Assembly (NCBI GenBank): GCA_964016885.1
Contig: OZ024745.1
Span: forward strand, 31,124,001-31,188,000
Direction of reading: 5' to 3'
DNA: 64,000 nucleotides
Origin: Eledone cirrhosa
Lineage: Eukaryota
Shown: positions 24,801 to 35,619 of the stretch, piece by piece
How positions within the stretch are numbered: position 1 is the stretch's first letter
Layout of the letters: each line of letters opens with the position of its first letter
Notes under the pieces: generated by a model
Told to the model about the DNA's origin: nothing
The model's database searches: none
What the model saw: only the letters and a program-made list of their open reading frames with translations
Position numbers and translations under genes: made by a program

Positions 24801-27800
24801 AAGTAATGTAAATGTTAAAGGGTTAAATAATTTCAGGGTTGACTTTCATTCTTTTACTGTTAAGATAAAGTAAAAACTAGTATTGTATTAAGGTTGATTC
24901 AATCCATAGTAACTACTACATATGTCAGATAGATTACAATATTCATTATTACAAATACTTTGACTGTTCCCTGACTATTACCAGCTTCAACATAAAATTA
25001 CTTTAACAAAGTATATTTGATTTTCGCCAACGAACCACGTGTGGACATGAACGGAAAAAAAAAACTCACTACATCCTTTAGGGATCATAGTAAGTACTTC
25101 ACAAAATCTATAAACAATATACACACAGATTTATATATAGATACATACCATACACACAAGTGAAAAGAAACCACACTATTTCGTGTGAGACACTATACCG
25201 GCCAATCTTATGTACATTTGTAAAATCTTTCTGAACACTGACTTCGCTTCTAACCCACATACACCTTTTAATTATATATATAATTATATATTTGTGTGCA
25301 GATCTTTCTGCATGTGGATATGGTGTGGTGGTGTGGAGGAGGTGACCGGAAGCTGGGGACGCCTGACCGGAGGCGGAAGAGGAAGTGATGTGAGATGTGT
25401 TCCCAGGAGCATCTGGGGGTTCTCTTTCGGCTATGACTCGCGATGGACAGACGTGCGAATGCGAGCTGCAACTTGGCGAACGGACTATACCCACGTGGAT
25501 GAGGCTAGCTCGCTGAGTGAGCTTGCAGAATTGCAGTAAGTGCAGTAGCTTTCTCATTACAAACTATTTCGGCATCTGAAGACTTACAATTGAAAAAAGG
25601 AAAAAAAGGAAGATTTTTTTTTAAAGACAAAGCTACTGGAAAACAGAGAGGATTCTGTTGTTTGTTACTTTCCGCAGGACTAAGGAGATGGCGACGAGAT
25701 TACGGATGAGCGGAGAAGTAATTAGAGCTTTAACCGGTGAAGGTGACGTTGTCGCCTGGATGCGAAAGGTTCGGCTGGTCGCTGAGCTACAAAAGATAGA
25801 CGATGTAGAGGGCCTCATCGCACTCGAGGGTGACGCGCTAGCGTTGTACCTCGAGATGGATGCGCAAAATATTGAGCAGCGTATGATGGAACCGTTCGCG
25901 GAAGGACCGCTTACCACGTTTTCTAAGCTGGCAAGGATTAGGTGGAACGGTGAGCGTGTGGATATTTTTGCAGCGGAGATAAGGCGATTGGCCATGCTGG
26001 CTGGGTTTCAGGTGGAATGCGAACATGCGGTGCGGTTGGCGTTCATAAACGGATTTCCGGATGACATGGCGGTGAAACTGCAGCAAATACCTGGCCACAA
26101 GAAAATGGAGATGCGTGCACTGGTAGAGCAAGCCCGCATCATAGCAGAGGATGCCAAGAAGAGTGTTGCGGCAATAACAGCGACGGAGGCCCGGGGCTTG
26201 TGTGTCTGCCTCTACCATTGCTGCTGAACAACAACAACAAAAACCGACAATCGTGTCTTCTTCTACCATTGTTCCTGAACAACAGCAAAAACCAACGACT
26301 GTAGCTTCCGCTACTACTCCTGTTGAAGGACATCATTAACAACAGCAACCCATGTCTTCCTTCCCCGTTACTTTTCAACAACAACAACCGACGACTGTGT
26401 CTTCCCCTACCATGCCTGTTGAAGGAGAAGAACAACAACAAAAATCGACCGTCAATACGGAGTTTGTGGAAGTACGACAAATGATTTCCGCTTTAAGCTG
26501 AGAAATAGCAGGAATCAAATCAAGCGTTCGTGTAGAACCCCACAGTGAGGGATCTTACCCGAGTGACTTGTTAAAAAATCTCCGCGTACCTCATGTTGAA
26601 CCTAGATGCATTGAGAATGCCACTGAATCTGCAAACCACGAAGTGATTGCCATTGGTGTACCAGAAGACATAGTTGATCTTCAGAGATTTGCTGCCAGTT
26701 CATCCAAAGACTTGGGCGGTGCGCCCCCGAAGGTTGCACTACGCCTTGGCTGGCCAGGTCCGAAACCCAGGCTAATTAGGCTATCTTTTGGCCTCTGATA
26801 AAGCTAGGCGTGAAAGTCGGATTGCCTTCCAAACACACCCTGGTCTTCCACCTGATGTCCGCCCAAAGCTGCGTGCTGCAGCTTCCTTAAACCGCATCTT
26901 GGCAGAACATAAAAGCTTCAGCCTATGTGATGATGGGCAGATATGGAAGTTTATTAAGGCTGGTGAAACATGGAAAAGAGATACCAGCTGGTCTGAAAAC
27001 ACTGTACCCACAACTGGTAATAAAAGAACTGGAAAAACTCTGGGAAACTAAATCAGAACAACCTGCCATCCCCTGCACATAATCATAGACTGGAATCAAG
27101 GTACAAATTGTCCTTAAATGCACGTAGTCTATGCAATAAGATACATCTTTTTGACTCTTACGTCTAAAGTATCGACCCTGACTTCATTACAGTCACGGAA
27201 ACATGGGCACATTCCTTACTCTGTGATGGAGTTTTCAGCATAACTGGCTACAACTTGTTCGTAAAGACCACATTAATCATCGTGGTGGTGGTGGTGTAAT
27301 GGTCTACGTTCGGTCAAATTTTTAAGCAATTCCTTGTGTTGATTTGAACCAATCGCAGCAAGAAGTATTTTTTTACAATATATGTATTGACCATGTCAAC
27401 ACTGCTACTTGGAGTCGTTTACCATCCCAAAAATTACCATCAGGACACTCAACTTTGTGATATCCTCAGAGTTGGACGCTCCCCTGGAAAATTCAAGGAC
27501 AATATGGGCGCCTACTCAGAAGAACAAGGCGAACGATTCCACCAAGATGTGAGAGAGATAGAGCGGAGGTACTAGGGCCACTACAATGAAAAAATGACGG
27601 GGGACTATATCTGGGGGCTAGTGCGGGAATGCGACCTGGACTACAACCGCAAATCCAGGAAATCCAGTCATCTCTGACGTGTATAAGTTGCTTTATAAGT
27701 GTTATTTGTTTTTACTTGTTTGCTTTTGATAAGCTTGTGTAATAAAATAAATATATACTCTGTTGATTTAATTATATGAACTGATAAATTTTAAAAAAAA

Positions 27801-30800
27801 GTGTTTTTTCTTGAAAAATATGAAAATTTCGACATATCAAACTCCTGACCACAAACCCAAACTTCTGATTAAATAATAGTGTTTTTTTTATAATAATGGG
27901 ATATAACAAACCAGGAAATGACACTTCGAACCGGGGAACAAAAAATATGTTACACAGTGTTATTTAACATACACAGTATTGTGTATTTTCAGCAAAATGT
28001 ATCATCAATTTTGTCTGTCTCATTCTAGAAAATATACCAAATATACTGAAAGAAATTCCCAACATCAGTTAGATGTAAGTTACAAGTTGGCATAGCCACA
28101 CATCTCTCAATCTCTATTAACTTTTGAAAATTATAAAACTTGTGAAACCCACACTGTAGATAAACTTTAAAGATTTATATATAATTAGGAGACAAAGCAA
28201 GTTGAATAGAACAGACATAGCTTCGGCCGGTTCTGATATATATATATATATATGGCATGATCAAAAGACAACAGATGATTAAAGCTATTCACTGAATGGA
28301 GACTTAATAAGTTTATGGATTAATGTGGCACAGAATAGGAACAATGGGAAGGCCTTCACTTTGAATTGAGCAGGAAAGGGTTGAGAATGATGATAATGAT
28401 ATAAATATGCTGTAGCTCCATTACCAATCTCATGTATACTTACTTCTGTTTCCCTGTTATGTGAATTGTGTTTCTGTTCTTGTAACAATTAATTTATTAT
28501 TTATCTCTAATATGCCAGGAAGGAGGAGAGTTATACTTCAGTGACATGTATGCTGACCAAGAAATCCCTGATGAAATAAAATCTTATAAAGAACTATGGG
28601 GTCTGTCTTTCTTTCTCATTATTGTTTGTATTTTAAAGCATATAATTCATTATTATTTGTTTAATTTATGTTTATTTCATGCTGATATGGTATGGGCTAG
28701 TCTATAGTAAAAATAACTATTTAATATTGACGATGGCTCAATCCAACTATAAACTTGGATATTTGTTTGTAACAGAGGTGTATATGAAGATATATATATA
28801 TAAACATATATAATATGTTTATATATAATAAATATATGGGTAGCCTTGCTGCTGAAGAAAAATATTGAAACAAAAGGAAAAGAATCATATTTTCCTCTAT
28901 GAATATATCCTAGAGTTGCCAGCTTATTCTGAGAGTGTCAGACCATGCTGTTTCAAGATTCATCAGTGACACTCACTCAAAACATACTGGCATGAAATTG
29001 ATTATAGTCTATATAGTATTTTGTGTGATGATCACCTGCTGGGGATGCTTATTTACATATAGCAAATAGATAACATCGGCTGGAAGGGGTCATTTGCATA
29101 TAGTGCAAGCTTGGTTGGTTATAATTAGTTGGCAGTAGCATTAAGAGAACTTTTAAGCATAACAGAGGTGTATATGAAGACATACATAAACATGTATAAT
29201 ATGTTTATATACAATAAATATATGGGTCTCACTGTCAAAGAAAAATATTTTTTCTGAACAAGACAAAAATGAAATGAAACTTGTATTATCCTATATAGTT
29301 CTATAGAAAGGAAATACTGATATTTGGATTAGAATAGCACAACATTATTGTCATGTTAGTGTTTATTCACAAATCTATATAATAGGCTCACCTCTCTAAA
29401 CAAATTAATATATTTTGAATGTAAGACTTCCTAGGTGTAGCTCCTGATGATTTCATACAAATGAAACAGTTCTAGTCTTGTAGAAGTCATTTCTATCATC
29501 ATCATCATCATTTCATTTTACGTCCACTTTTCCCTGCTTGCAAGGGTGGGACGGGAACTGATTCTGGCTTGATTTCTACAGCTGGATGCCCTTCCTAACA
29601 CCAACCTCATTTACAGTGAGTGCTGGGTGCTTTTTTGCCGTGGCACCTCCACGTCCACTTTACAGTGAGTGCTGGGTGCTTTTTTGCCATGGCACCTCCA
29701 CGACCACTTTGCAGTGGAATGATAGGGACCCAAGTCCCTATCATCTCATTTCTACAGCTGAGTAAACTGGAGCAATGTGAAATAAAGTGTCTTGCTCAAG
29801 GAAACAACACATCACCCAGTCTGAGAATTGAACTCACAACCTTTCGATATACATAATAAAGATATCTATACTCTCCCAATGTATTGAGTACTTTTTTTAA
29901 CTGTGGTTTACTCCCAACACAACTTGGGAATCTACATATTGAATTGTACATTTTTTTTTATTGAAATTTTAGATACTATAAATTATTTTTTTTATAAATT
30001 TCCAATTTTTCATCTGAAGGTGAAGGCCTTGCTGGAGCACTTTACTGGAAACAGCTCAATGCCATAGCTGAAGAAATTGGATTTAGTCAAGTTTATATTG
30101 TCAGTGTTTCTGACATACCAGTTGAAAATGAAGATTACAAAAAAATTATTGGTAATAAAATTATTTCATATACTTTAAAAATAAAATAATCGATTTCTAC
30201 AGGATTTGCTTCATGAGATTCTTTAAGAATATTCCCTTTGTGTAATCTCATACTTCTTGCTCTTGTTCAACAAGGCCAGGGTCATCCTAAGCCAGCGATC
30301 CCAAAGCATTGTCATGCGTAGAGCAATCCAGGTCCACCAGTGCTGGTGGTCCTATGTCAGCTCCTCTGCATCCTTGAAGGTGATGTTGAGCCTCCAGGGA
30401 TCTACCCTGATGATATCCAGCCATCTGGTGCAAGATCTGCTGTGTGGCCTCTTCCAGTTTGCAGCCACTGCGTTGAACAAGAGTAAGGACCTGGTAATCT
30501 CAGACCAGGCAGTGAATTGGCAGAGTTGTTAGAATATCAGATAGAATGTTTTGTCGTATTCATTTTGGATCTTTATACTTTGAGTTTGAATCTCACTGAG
30601 ATAAACTTTGCTTTTCATCCTTTTGACATTGATTTAAAAAAAAGTATTTGGGTCAGTTCTTCCTCACCTCCTCTCTATTACTTTCTACTACTCTGGAAGA
30701 AATCGGCTGGTGTGTTCAGGCTTGGAGAGGGGATGGTCTCTGCCAGGTTTAAAATGTCCAAGACACACTGTATATCACTACTGCATCCCTGTGACTCCAA

Positions 30801-33213
30801 TTGTTATGGGTGCATACATACACACACACACATGTACACACACATACATATGCATATATGTATGTAGGTCTGGGATCTAGTTAATCATGCAAAAAAAAAA
30901 AAAAAAAATTAATTTAAATCTCCCAACATAATTTTAAATAATTTAACATGGTTCAGACTTTTTTTCTAAAATATAAATATCTATAAAATAATAAGGAATA
31001 AGTGGATGAAGAAAAAGAAGAGATGTATATATACTTATTCCCTGAGTCATAAAGCTCTTTTCTTAACTTTTCAGGTAATATAAAGTATGCTGCTGTAACA
31101 TGTCGTCTTTTTAAATTACCAAAGAATTTCAAAACGGCTCCTATTAAAGTTGTCTACAATGGAGGAATTGTTGATCATGAGGAAAATCTGAGATTTAGTC
31201 ATTTCATAACATTCCCTGTAAGTAAATAATCATGAACTTTGCATTGAAAAAAATTAAGTAGATTTACGGTAGTTTATATAATGTGCACCACTTGTTACAA
31301 TCCTTGTGTGACTTTGGTCAATGCTAGAAGTTAATATACGTATTTCTTTGGTTATAATAAAGACTTCTTTAATGAGTCATTTGTTTTAAAATTATATTCA
31401 CCTTCATGTCTTTCCGTGAATGACTGACTGACCATGGGTTTGTTTCTCAAAAATACCAGCAATGTCAGTCTCCTCTCTCCATGACTCTGATGTTGTCTAA
31501 GGGAAAGGCAAAGGCTGATACAACTAGGCACCAGTTATGTCTTGCTCAAACACTCAATGTGTTGGCCAGTCAAAGTATCAAAATTATGACCTTAGGATCA
31601 TGAGCCCAGCACCTGCACTAATAAGCCTCTCAATTTTACAACCTTCAAATGAGTAAATGGAAAACAGTAGAGTTAACTGTCAATGATATTGTTTTCTATT
31701 TTCAGAGCAAAATACCTGTGTTTGTTGACTCAGATTTACATGCTGTCCTGAGATATTCTCGTTTTAGAGAAACATTTAACATTGGTGAACAAATGGTAAG
31801 TTATGAACTCTTTGACTGGTAAAAAAATTCTGACATTACTCTACTATGTTATGATATTTGTTAGTTTGTATAATGTTATAGTATATTACAAGGGGATTTC
31901 AAAGGGTCATTATATTCTGGAGGAGTTGCACAGCAGACCATAAGTGAGAGGTGATAGTGATTTCCACCAGTTATAACGTTAATCTACAATACAGTTGATA
32001 GGATAATATAACTGTAACACAGGAATAGAGAGAGAGTGGGAGGGAGAGAGAGTGAGAGGGAGAGGTGGATTGGCAGTATCGGTAGAGGGTCGGACGCCAT
32101 GCTTTGACACAAAGAGTTACAGCCTTTTCCATTATGAGTTCAAATCCCGCCGAGGTTAACTTTGCCTTTCATCCTTACAGGGTCGATAAAAATAAAGTAC
32201 CAGTAATACACTGGGTAATTGCTGGCCTTGTGCCAAAAGTAGAAATAATTATTTATTTCATCAAATAAATGTGCATATGATAGTGGGATATGTGAATTAG
32301 TACAGAATGTTGGAACAAACTTTTCTTTAATCCTGTTTTTTTATTTCACTTTTTATAAATTCCATTTTATTAATTTTATTGTATATCGTCGGTAAATTGC
32401 AATATATTGTAATATAAATATTATTAAAACAACGAAAATAAGTTTAAAGAAATAGATATCTTAAACATTTTATATGGTATTTCCTACTGTAGACACAATG
32501 TTAGGGGTTATAACTTAATATATAACAGATGAGTTGTCTCCCTTGCAGACCTGACGAGGTTGACACAGATTGCACCTCATTGGCGTACACCCAGAGCTCT
32601 TTCTACTGAGGAACTGCTTCGTCCTCCACAAACTTTTCTTCACACTGTATGTTGCACCATGTCACCCGTTCACAGATTGCCTTCAGTGAACTCTGTGCCA
32701 GCTGAGCTGAATTCATCTGCGATGTTAGTTTCGACAGCACCAGCTGGCAAGACAAAACTTCCATGAAATTCAACCAAAGTTGGTCCAGTGTGAGCTGGAG
32801 ACGATCATCTGCTCTGTCTTGTCTCACATGTGGACAACTCGTCTAACCCATGCTAGCATGGAAAAATGGACGTTAAACGGTGATGATGTGTATCTATATA
32901 TATGGAAAAAAAGCACCCAACACTCACTGTAAATGAGGTTGGTGTTAGGAAGGGCATCAAGCCAGAATCGGTTCCCGTATGAGCAATACAAGGTCAGCCG
33001 ACCGGACACTGCCCATAACAGGACAACCCATCTAACCCATGCTAACGTGGAAGAACGGACATAAAACGGTGATGATGATGATGATGATGATGCGTGTATA
33101 TATATATATTTTTTTTTTTAATTTCTTTTCAGATTATCAATCCATTTGAATTACTTGAAAAGCTAAAGACAATAAAAACAACAGGAACATCTTGCTGTAG
33201 TGGAACTAAATGA
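18670..33213 (+). CDS. AS3MT: Arsenite methyltransferase-like protein, 352 aa; join(18670..18842,21083..21233,22232..22368,24020..24089,28519..28600,30020..30151,31075..31217,31706..31795,33133..33213)
   Basis: VKEYYGKTIKTTDDLKLSSC...KYYGCGLVIPECLEGMKVLDLGSGSGQDCFVLSKLVG...VIGIDMT...FVKGYIEQL...FDIIISNCVINLSPDK...GGELYFSDMY...WGEGLAGALYW...RLFKLPK...SRF...IINPF...CCSGTK*. SAM-binding motif and AS3MT signatures are present; all junctions are GT-AG and in phase; 1059 nt total. Confidence 0.95.
19322..19508 (+). mobile_element. SINE family B with 17-bp TSD
   Basis: ATTATCTTTACCAACTG at 19305-19321 and 19509-19525 flanks a full head-core-tail copy. Confidence 0.88.
19991..20553. mobile_element. 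Mutator-like (MULE) foldback element, ~255-bp TIRs, 9-bp TSD
   Basis: Arms 19991-20246 and 20300-20553 are reverse complements (GGCATAGGTTAAGTTTAACGTCCGAG...); AATGTTTGG is duplicated at 19982-19990 and 20554-20562. Confidence 0.9.
20812..20976. mobile_element. pogo/Tigger-type MITE
   Basis: TA|CCGTATTTCCCGGCG...AAGACGCT ... AGCGTCTT...CACCGGGAAATATAG|TA. Confidence 0.75.
21083..21233 (+). CDS. AS3MT: AS3MT exon 2
   Basis: YYGCGLVIPECLEGMKVLDLGSGSGQDC...GIDMTQEQ|gtgaat. Confidence 0.96.
22232..22368 (+). CDS. AS3MT: AS3MT exon 3
   Basis: LDVANQYIDYHTKLYDYKTPNVKFVKGYIEQLTDAGLEENFFDII|gtaagt. Confidence 0.95.
24020..24089 (+). CDS. AS3MT: AS3MT exon 4
   Basis: SNCVINLSPDKRAVLTQAYKTLK|gtaagt (holds the Cys156 equivalent). 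Confidence 0.95.
24611..24822. mobile_element. piggyBac-type MITE (TTAA TSD)
   Basis: TTAA|CCCTTTAGCATTTA ... TAAATGTTAAAGGG|TTAA; same family in opposite orientation at 39889-40092 and 42970-43190. Confidence 0.8.
25332..26198 (+). mobile_element. Gypsy LTR-retrotransposon 5' fragment: putative LTR (~25332-25588) and truncated gag (~25688-26198)
   Basis: GC-rich TG...TTACA segment, then IRALTGEGDVVAWMRKVRLVAELQKIDDV...LEGDALALYLEM...WNGERVDIFAAEIRRLA...AFINGFPDD gag-like ORF; no clear PBS or pol. Confidence 0.7.
26200..27470 (+). mobile_element. 5' portion of the CR1-group LINE (ORF1 and start of endonuclease), degenerate
   Basis: 26548-27470 is a close reverse-complement homologue of 58855-59818; the upstream Q/P/S/T-rich stretch is in frame with ...[11 protein letters not shown]. 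Confidence 0.85.
27471..27959 (+). mobile_element. Chapaev3-like DNA transposon 3' end (transposase C-terminus + right TIR)
   Basis: KFKDNMGAYSEEQGERFHQDVREIERRY*GHYNEKM.GDYIWGLVRE and terminus ...GGGAACAAAAAATATGTTACACAGTG; superfamily name from recall of the GERFHQD motif and CAC/GTG ends. Confidence 0.65.
28519..28600 (+). CDS. AS3MT: AS3MT exon 5
   Basis: EGGELYFSDMYADQEIPDEIKSYKELW|gtctgt. Confidence 0.93.
28933..28974 (-). ncRNA. Minimal type I hammerhead ribozyme-like motif
   Basis: Minus strand GAGTGTCA-CTGATGA-ATCTT-GAAA-CAGCATG-GTC-TGACACTC: complete core, 8-bp stem I, GUC cleavage triplet; stems II and III are vestigial. Confidence 0.6.
30020..30151 (+). CDS. AS3MT: AS3MT exon 6
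   Basis: GEGLAGALYWKQLNAIAEEIGFSQVYIVSV...KKII|gtaata. Confidence 0.94.
31075..31217 (+). CDS. AS3MT: AS3MT exon 7
   Basis: GNIKYAAVTCRLFKLPK...VVYNGGIVDHEENLRF...TFP|gtaagt. Confidence 0.94.
31706..31795 (+). CDS. AS3MT: AS3MT exon 8
   Basis: SKIPVFVDSDLHAVLRYSRFRETFNIGEQM|gtaagt. Confidence 0.9.
33133..33213 (+). CDS. AS3MT: AS3MT last coding exon
   Basis: ttttcag|IINPFELLEKLKTIKTTGTSCCSGTK*, with the C-terminal CC pair typical of AS3MT. Confidence 0.88.
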   Translation: MINPFELLEKLKTIKTTGTSCCSGTK

Positions 33214-33894
33214 TTTTTCCATCTGTATCTGTTAATTATGAAGATGACTTGATTTGAATTTCATTTGTTCTTTACTCTATTATCTAAATAATTATAATAA
33301 TAATGATTTCTTTATTATAATAATAATACCTTTAACACCAATAAGAATATTACATCACAATATTATAGCCAAGTAATACAATAAAATACGATGAGAAATC
33401 AGTAATGTGGTCACCTAGAAATGGGCATACATAAGAAGTAATAGAGATAACTGTCAAATATCCCTAAAATCACAACCTATTCTCTTAAAAAGAAAGGCAT
33501 GTTGGATAATGTAGTCTTAGTTATATTGTCTGGAAAAAGAAAAAAAAAGGTAGCCTTTGATCATGTCTGCTTCATCTCAACTGAACTAAACAGAAATGGC
33601 AACATCATTTGTAATATAAAATACCATTTGAGAAAGACATGAATATTATAGCTCACATTTTCTTTCTGTTAATTGAAGTTAATAGAGCTAATTATTACAC
33701 TTTTAACACAGAATTTCTAACAATTGTCTATTACTGTTTAAGAAAAACATCAGATGAATATTGCCTGATGTGGTTAGTTAGTTGGTTGGTTTGTTGGCAG
33801 TCCAGATTTTGAGAAGCCTAGCCATTGGATTGTGTTGGCCATAGTGAAATCCAAATAGACAAAATTGTGAAACTGAACAAAAGTACAAAATGAT

Positions 33895-34440
33895 TCTATT
33901 AACACTTATCACATACCTTTGTCATCTCTGTGACCTTCAGTGATTTGAGATCAGCTCTAACCACTTCCATCCAGGTTTTCCTTGGTCTTCCTCTACTGTG
34001 GCTTCCCTCTATTGGGATTACTTGCCACTTCTTCATCCAACAATCATCCATGCACATCACGTCCATACCAACACGGTCTCCTCTCCTGCACATCTGATTC
34101 TTCTTATACCCAGTTTCTTTCTTAGTTCATCCATGCTTTGTTGTTCTCGCACATCCTTCGAAGCATTCTTGCTTCATTTCTATCCAGCTTTCATTGCCCA
34201 TGTCTTACTATCATGAAGCATCGCACATAGGCGTTATACCTTTAGTTGTCAACAGAAGTAACAGTTCCCTAAACTTCTTCCATCTTGTCCACTCGGAGCA
34301 CACTCTTCCACTGCTAATTATATCACCTAGGTAGCAGAAGTGATCATCCATAGATGTGGTTGATATCTTTTGCTAACTAGGCGATATAATTAGCAGTGGA
34401 GGAGAGTACTCTGAGAGCATAATAGCTAGAATAAGGATAT
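33895..34440 (-). mobile_element. Degenerate RTE 3' fragment with an inverted segment
   Basis: IEGSHSRGRPRKTWMEVVRADL on the minus strand; 34292-34340 is mirrored at 34367-34415. Confidence 0.7.
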
Positions 34441-34827
34441 TAGGGAACAAATACAGTACTCAAGTTAAATGTTGTAAAAAAACATTCTCAATTATCTACA
34501 ATTTGGTGTATAATACATTTAAAAGTCATAAACAACAGAATTTCAAAGTCTCAAACATTTATAGATTTTAACAAGAGAAGAAAAACCTGCAAAAACGATT
34601 TTTATTGAATTGTTTAAGAGTTTATAGGAATATAAGTCCATTTTGTTAAAAAAAAATATATGAACATTTATACCAACAAAAGAATATGATTTTATTGTTT
34701 ATTTATAAAATAAAATTTCAAAAATGATATTTCACTTTTGGTTTTTACTTCGTCAACTTTTTCCTATTATACATAAAAATATTCATATAAATGTATGTTT
34801 TGCAAGATTCTTGACGTTGAAAACAGA

Positions 34828-35062
34828 TATTTGGGGATGGTCATGTTGCTAATTTTACCAATAAAAACATACACACTATTTACTTTCACTTCAGCTTTAT
34901 TATTATTATTAGTTATTGGTTAGTCAAAGACCAGGAAGAAGAGGAGGCACAAAGAAATAGTCTTTGAAGAGGTCACAAAAAGAGCTTTGACAAACCAAAA
35001 TCTAATAATAATAATAAAGTCTGTGTGTTTTTAGTGGCAAAATTGGCAACATGACCAAATAT
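34828..35062. mobile_element. Palindromic MITE between the AS3MT and SLC39A13 3' ends
   Basis: GGTCATGTTGCTAATTTTACCAATAAAAACATACAC...TTATTATTATTAG...GTCAAAG is mirrored by CTTTGAC...CTAATAATAATAATAAAG..GTGTGTTTTTAGTGGCAAAATTGGCAACATGACC. Confidence 0.65.
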
Positions 35063-35584
35063 AACAATATTCATATGAATATTTATATATATGAACATAA
35101 ATAGTAAATAATGCTCATACACATGTATTTAGTATATAGCACTTTAAAAAAAATATAACAGATATACAGTGTATATACCACAGTATAATATGCACTGAAA
35201 AAAGGATAGACTTAGTTTTTCAAGGATATTTCAGCAGGAGAAAGATTTACTTTTTAATTATATAATATAGCATCAGAGGATAAATCTTTGGTCATTCAAA
35301 ATGGTGTGTGTCTGTGTGAAGGTGTGTGGCTGAGTGGTTAGAGAATTGGATTCGCAATCATGAGGTTGTGAGTTTGATTCTCAGACTGGGCAAGACACTT
35401 TATTTCACACGTTACTCCTTCTACCTGGAGTTGTGACCAATGGAAAGATCGTTTCCTCGGTCAGATTTGATGAAAGTCAATCGACTGGCATATATATATA
35501 TATATATATAATATAATATACGCACATATATGTGTGTATGTATTTTCTCTTACCGGTTTCATTTGTTAGACCATGGCTATGCTA

Positions 35585-35619
<35 letters not shown>

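Noticed and set aside
29440-29480. Third hammerhead-like string CTGATGA...GAAAC...GTC
   Set aside because: No stem I pairing and no proper stem II; chance match or too decayed. A similar weak string near 53024 was also not called.
32529-32558. Possible 30-nt in-frame AS3MT micro-exon (MSCLPCRPDE) between exons 8 and 9
   Set aside because: Weak acceptor tract and weak donor (GTTGAC), and it sits at the edge of a GC-richer repeat-like block. Not supportable without RNA-seq.
33211-33300. AS3MT TGA after CCSGTK read as selenocysteine
   Set aside because: The stop falls at the expected C-terminus, read-through gives only 12 unremarkable codons, and I see no SECIS-like stem by eye (SECISearch would settle it).
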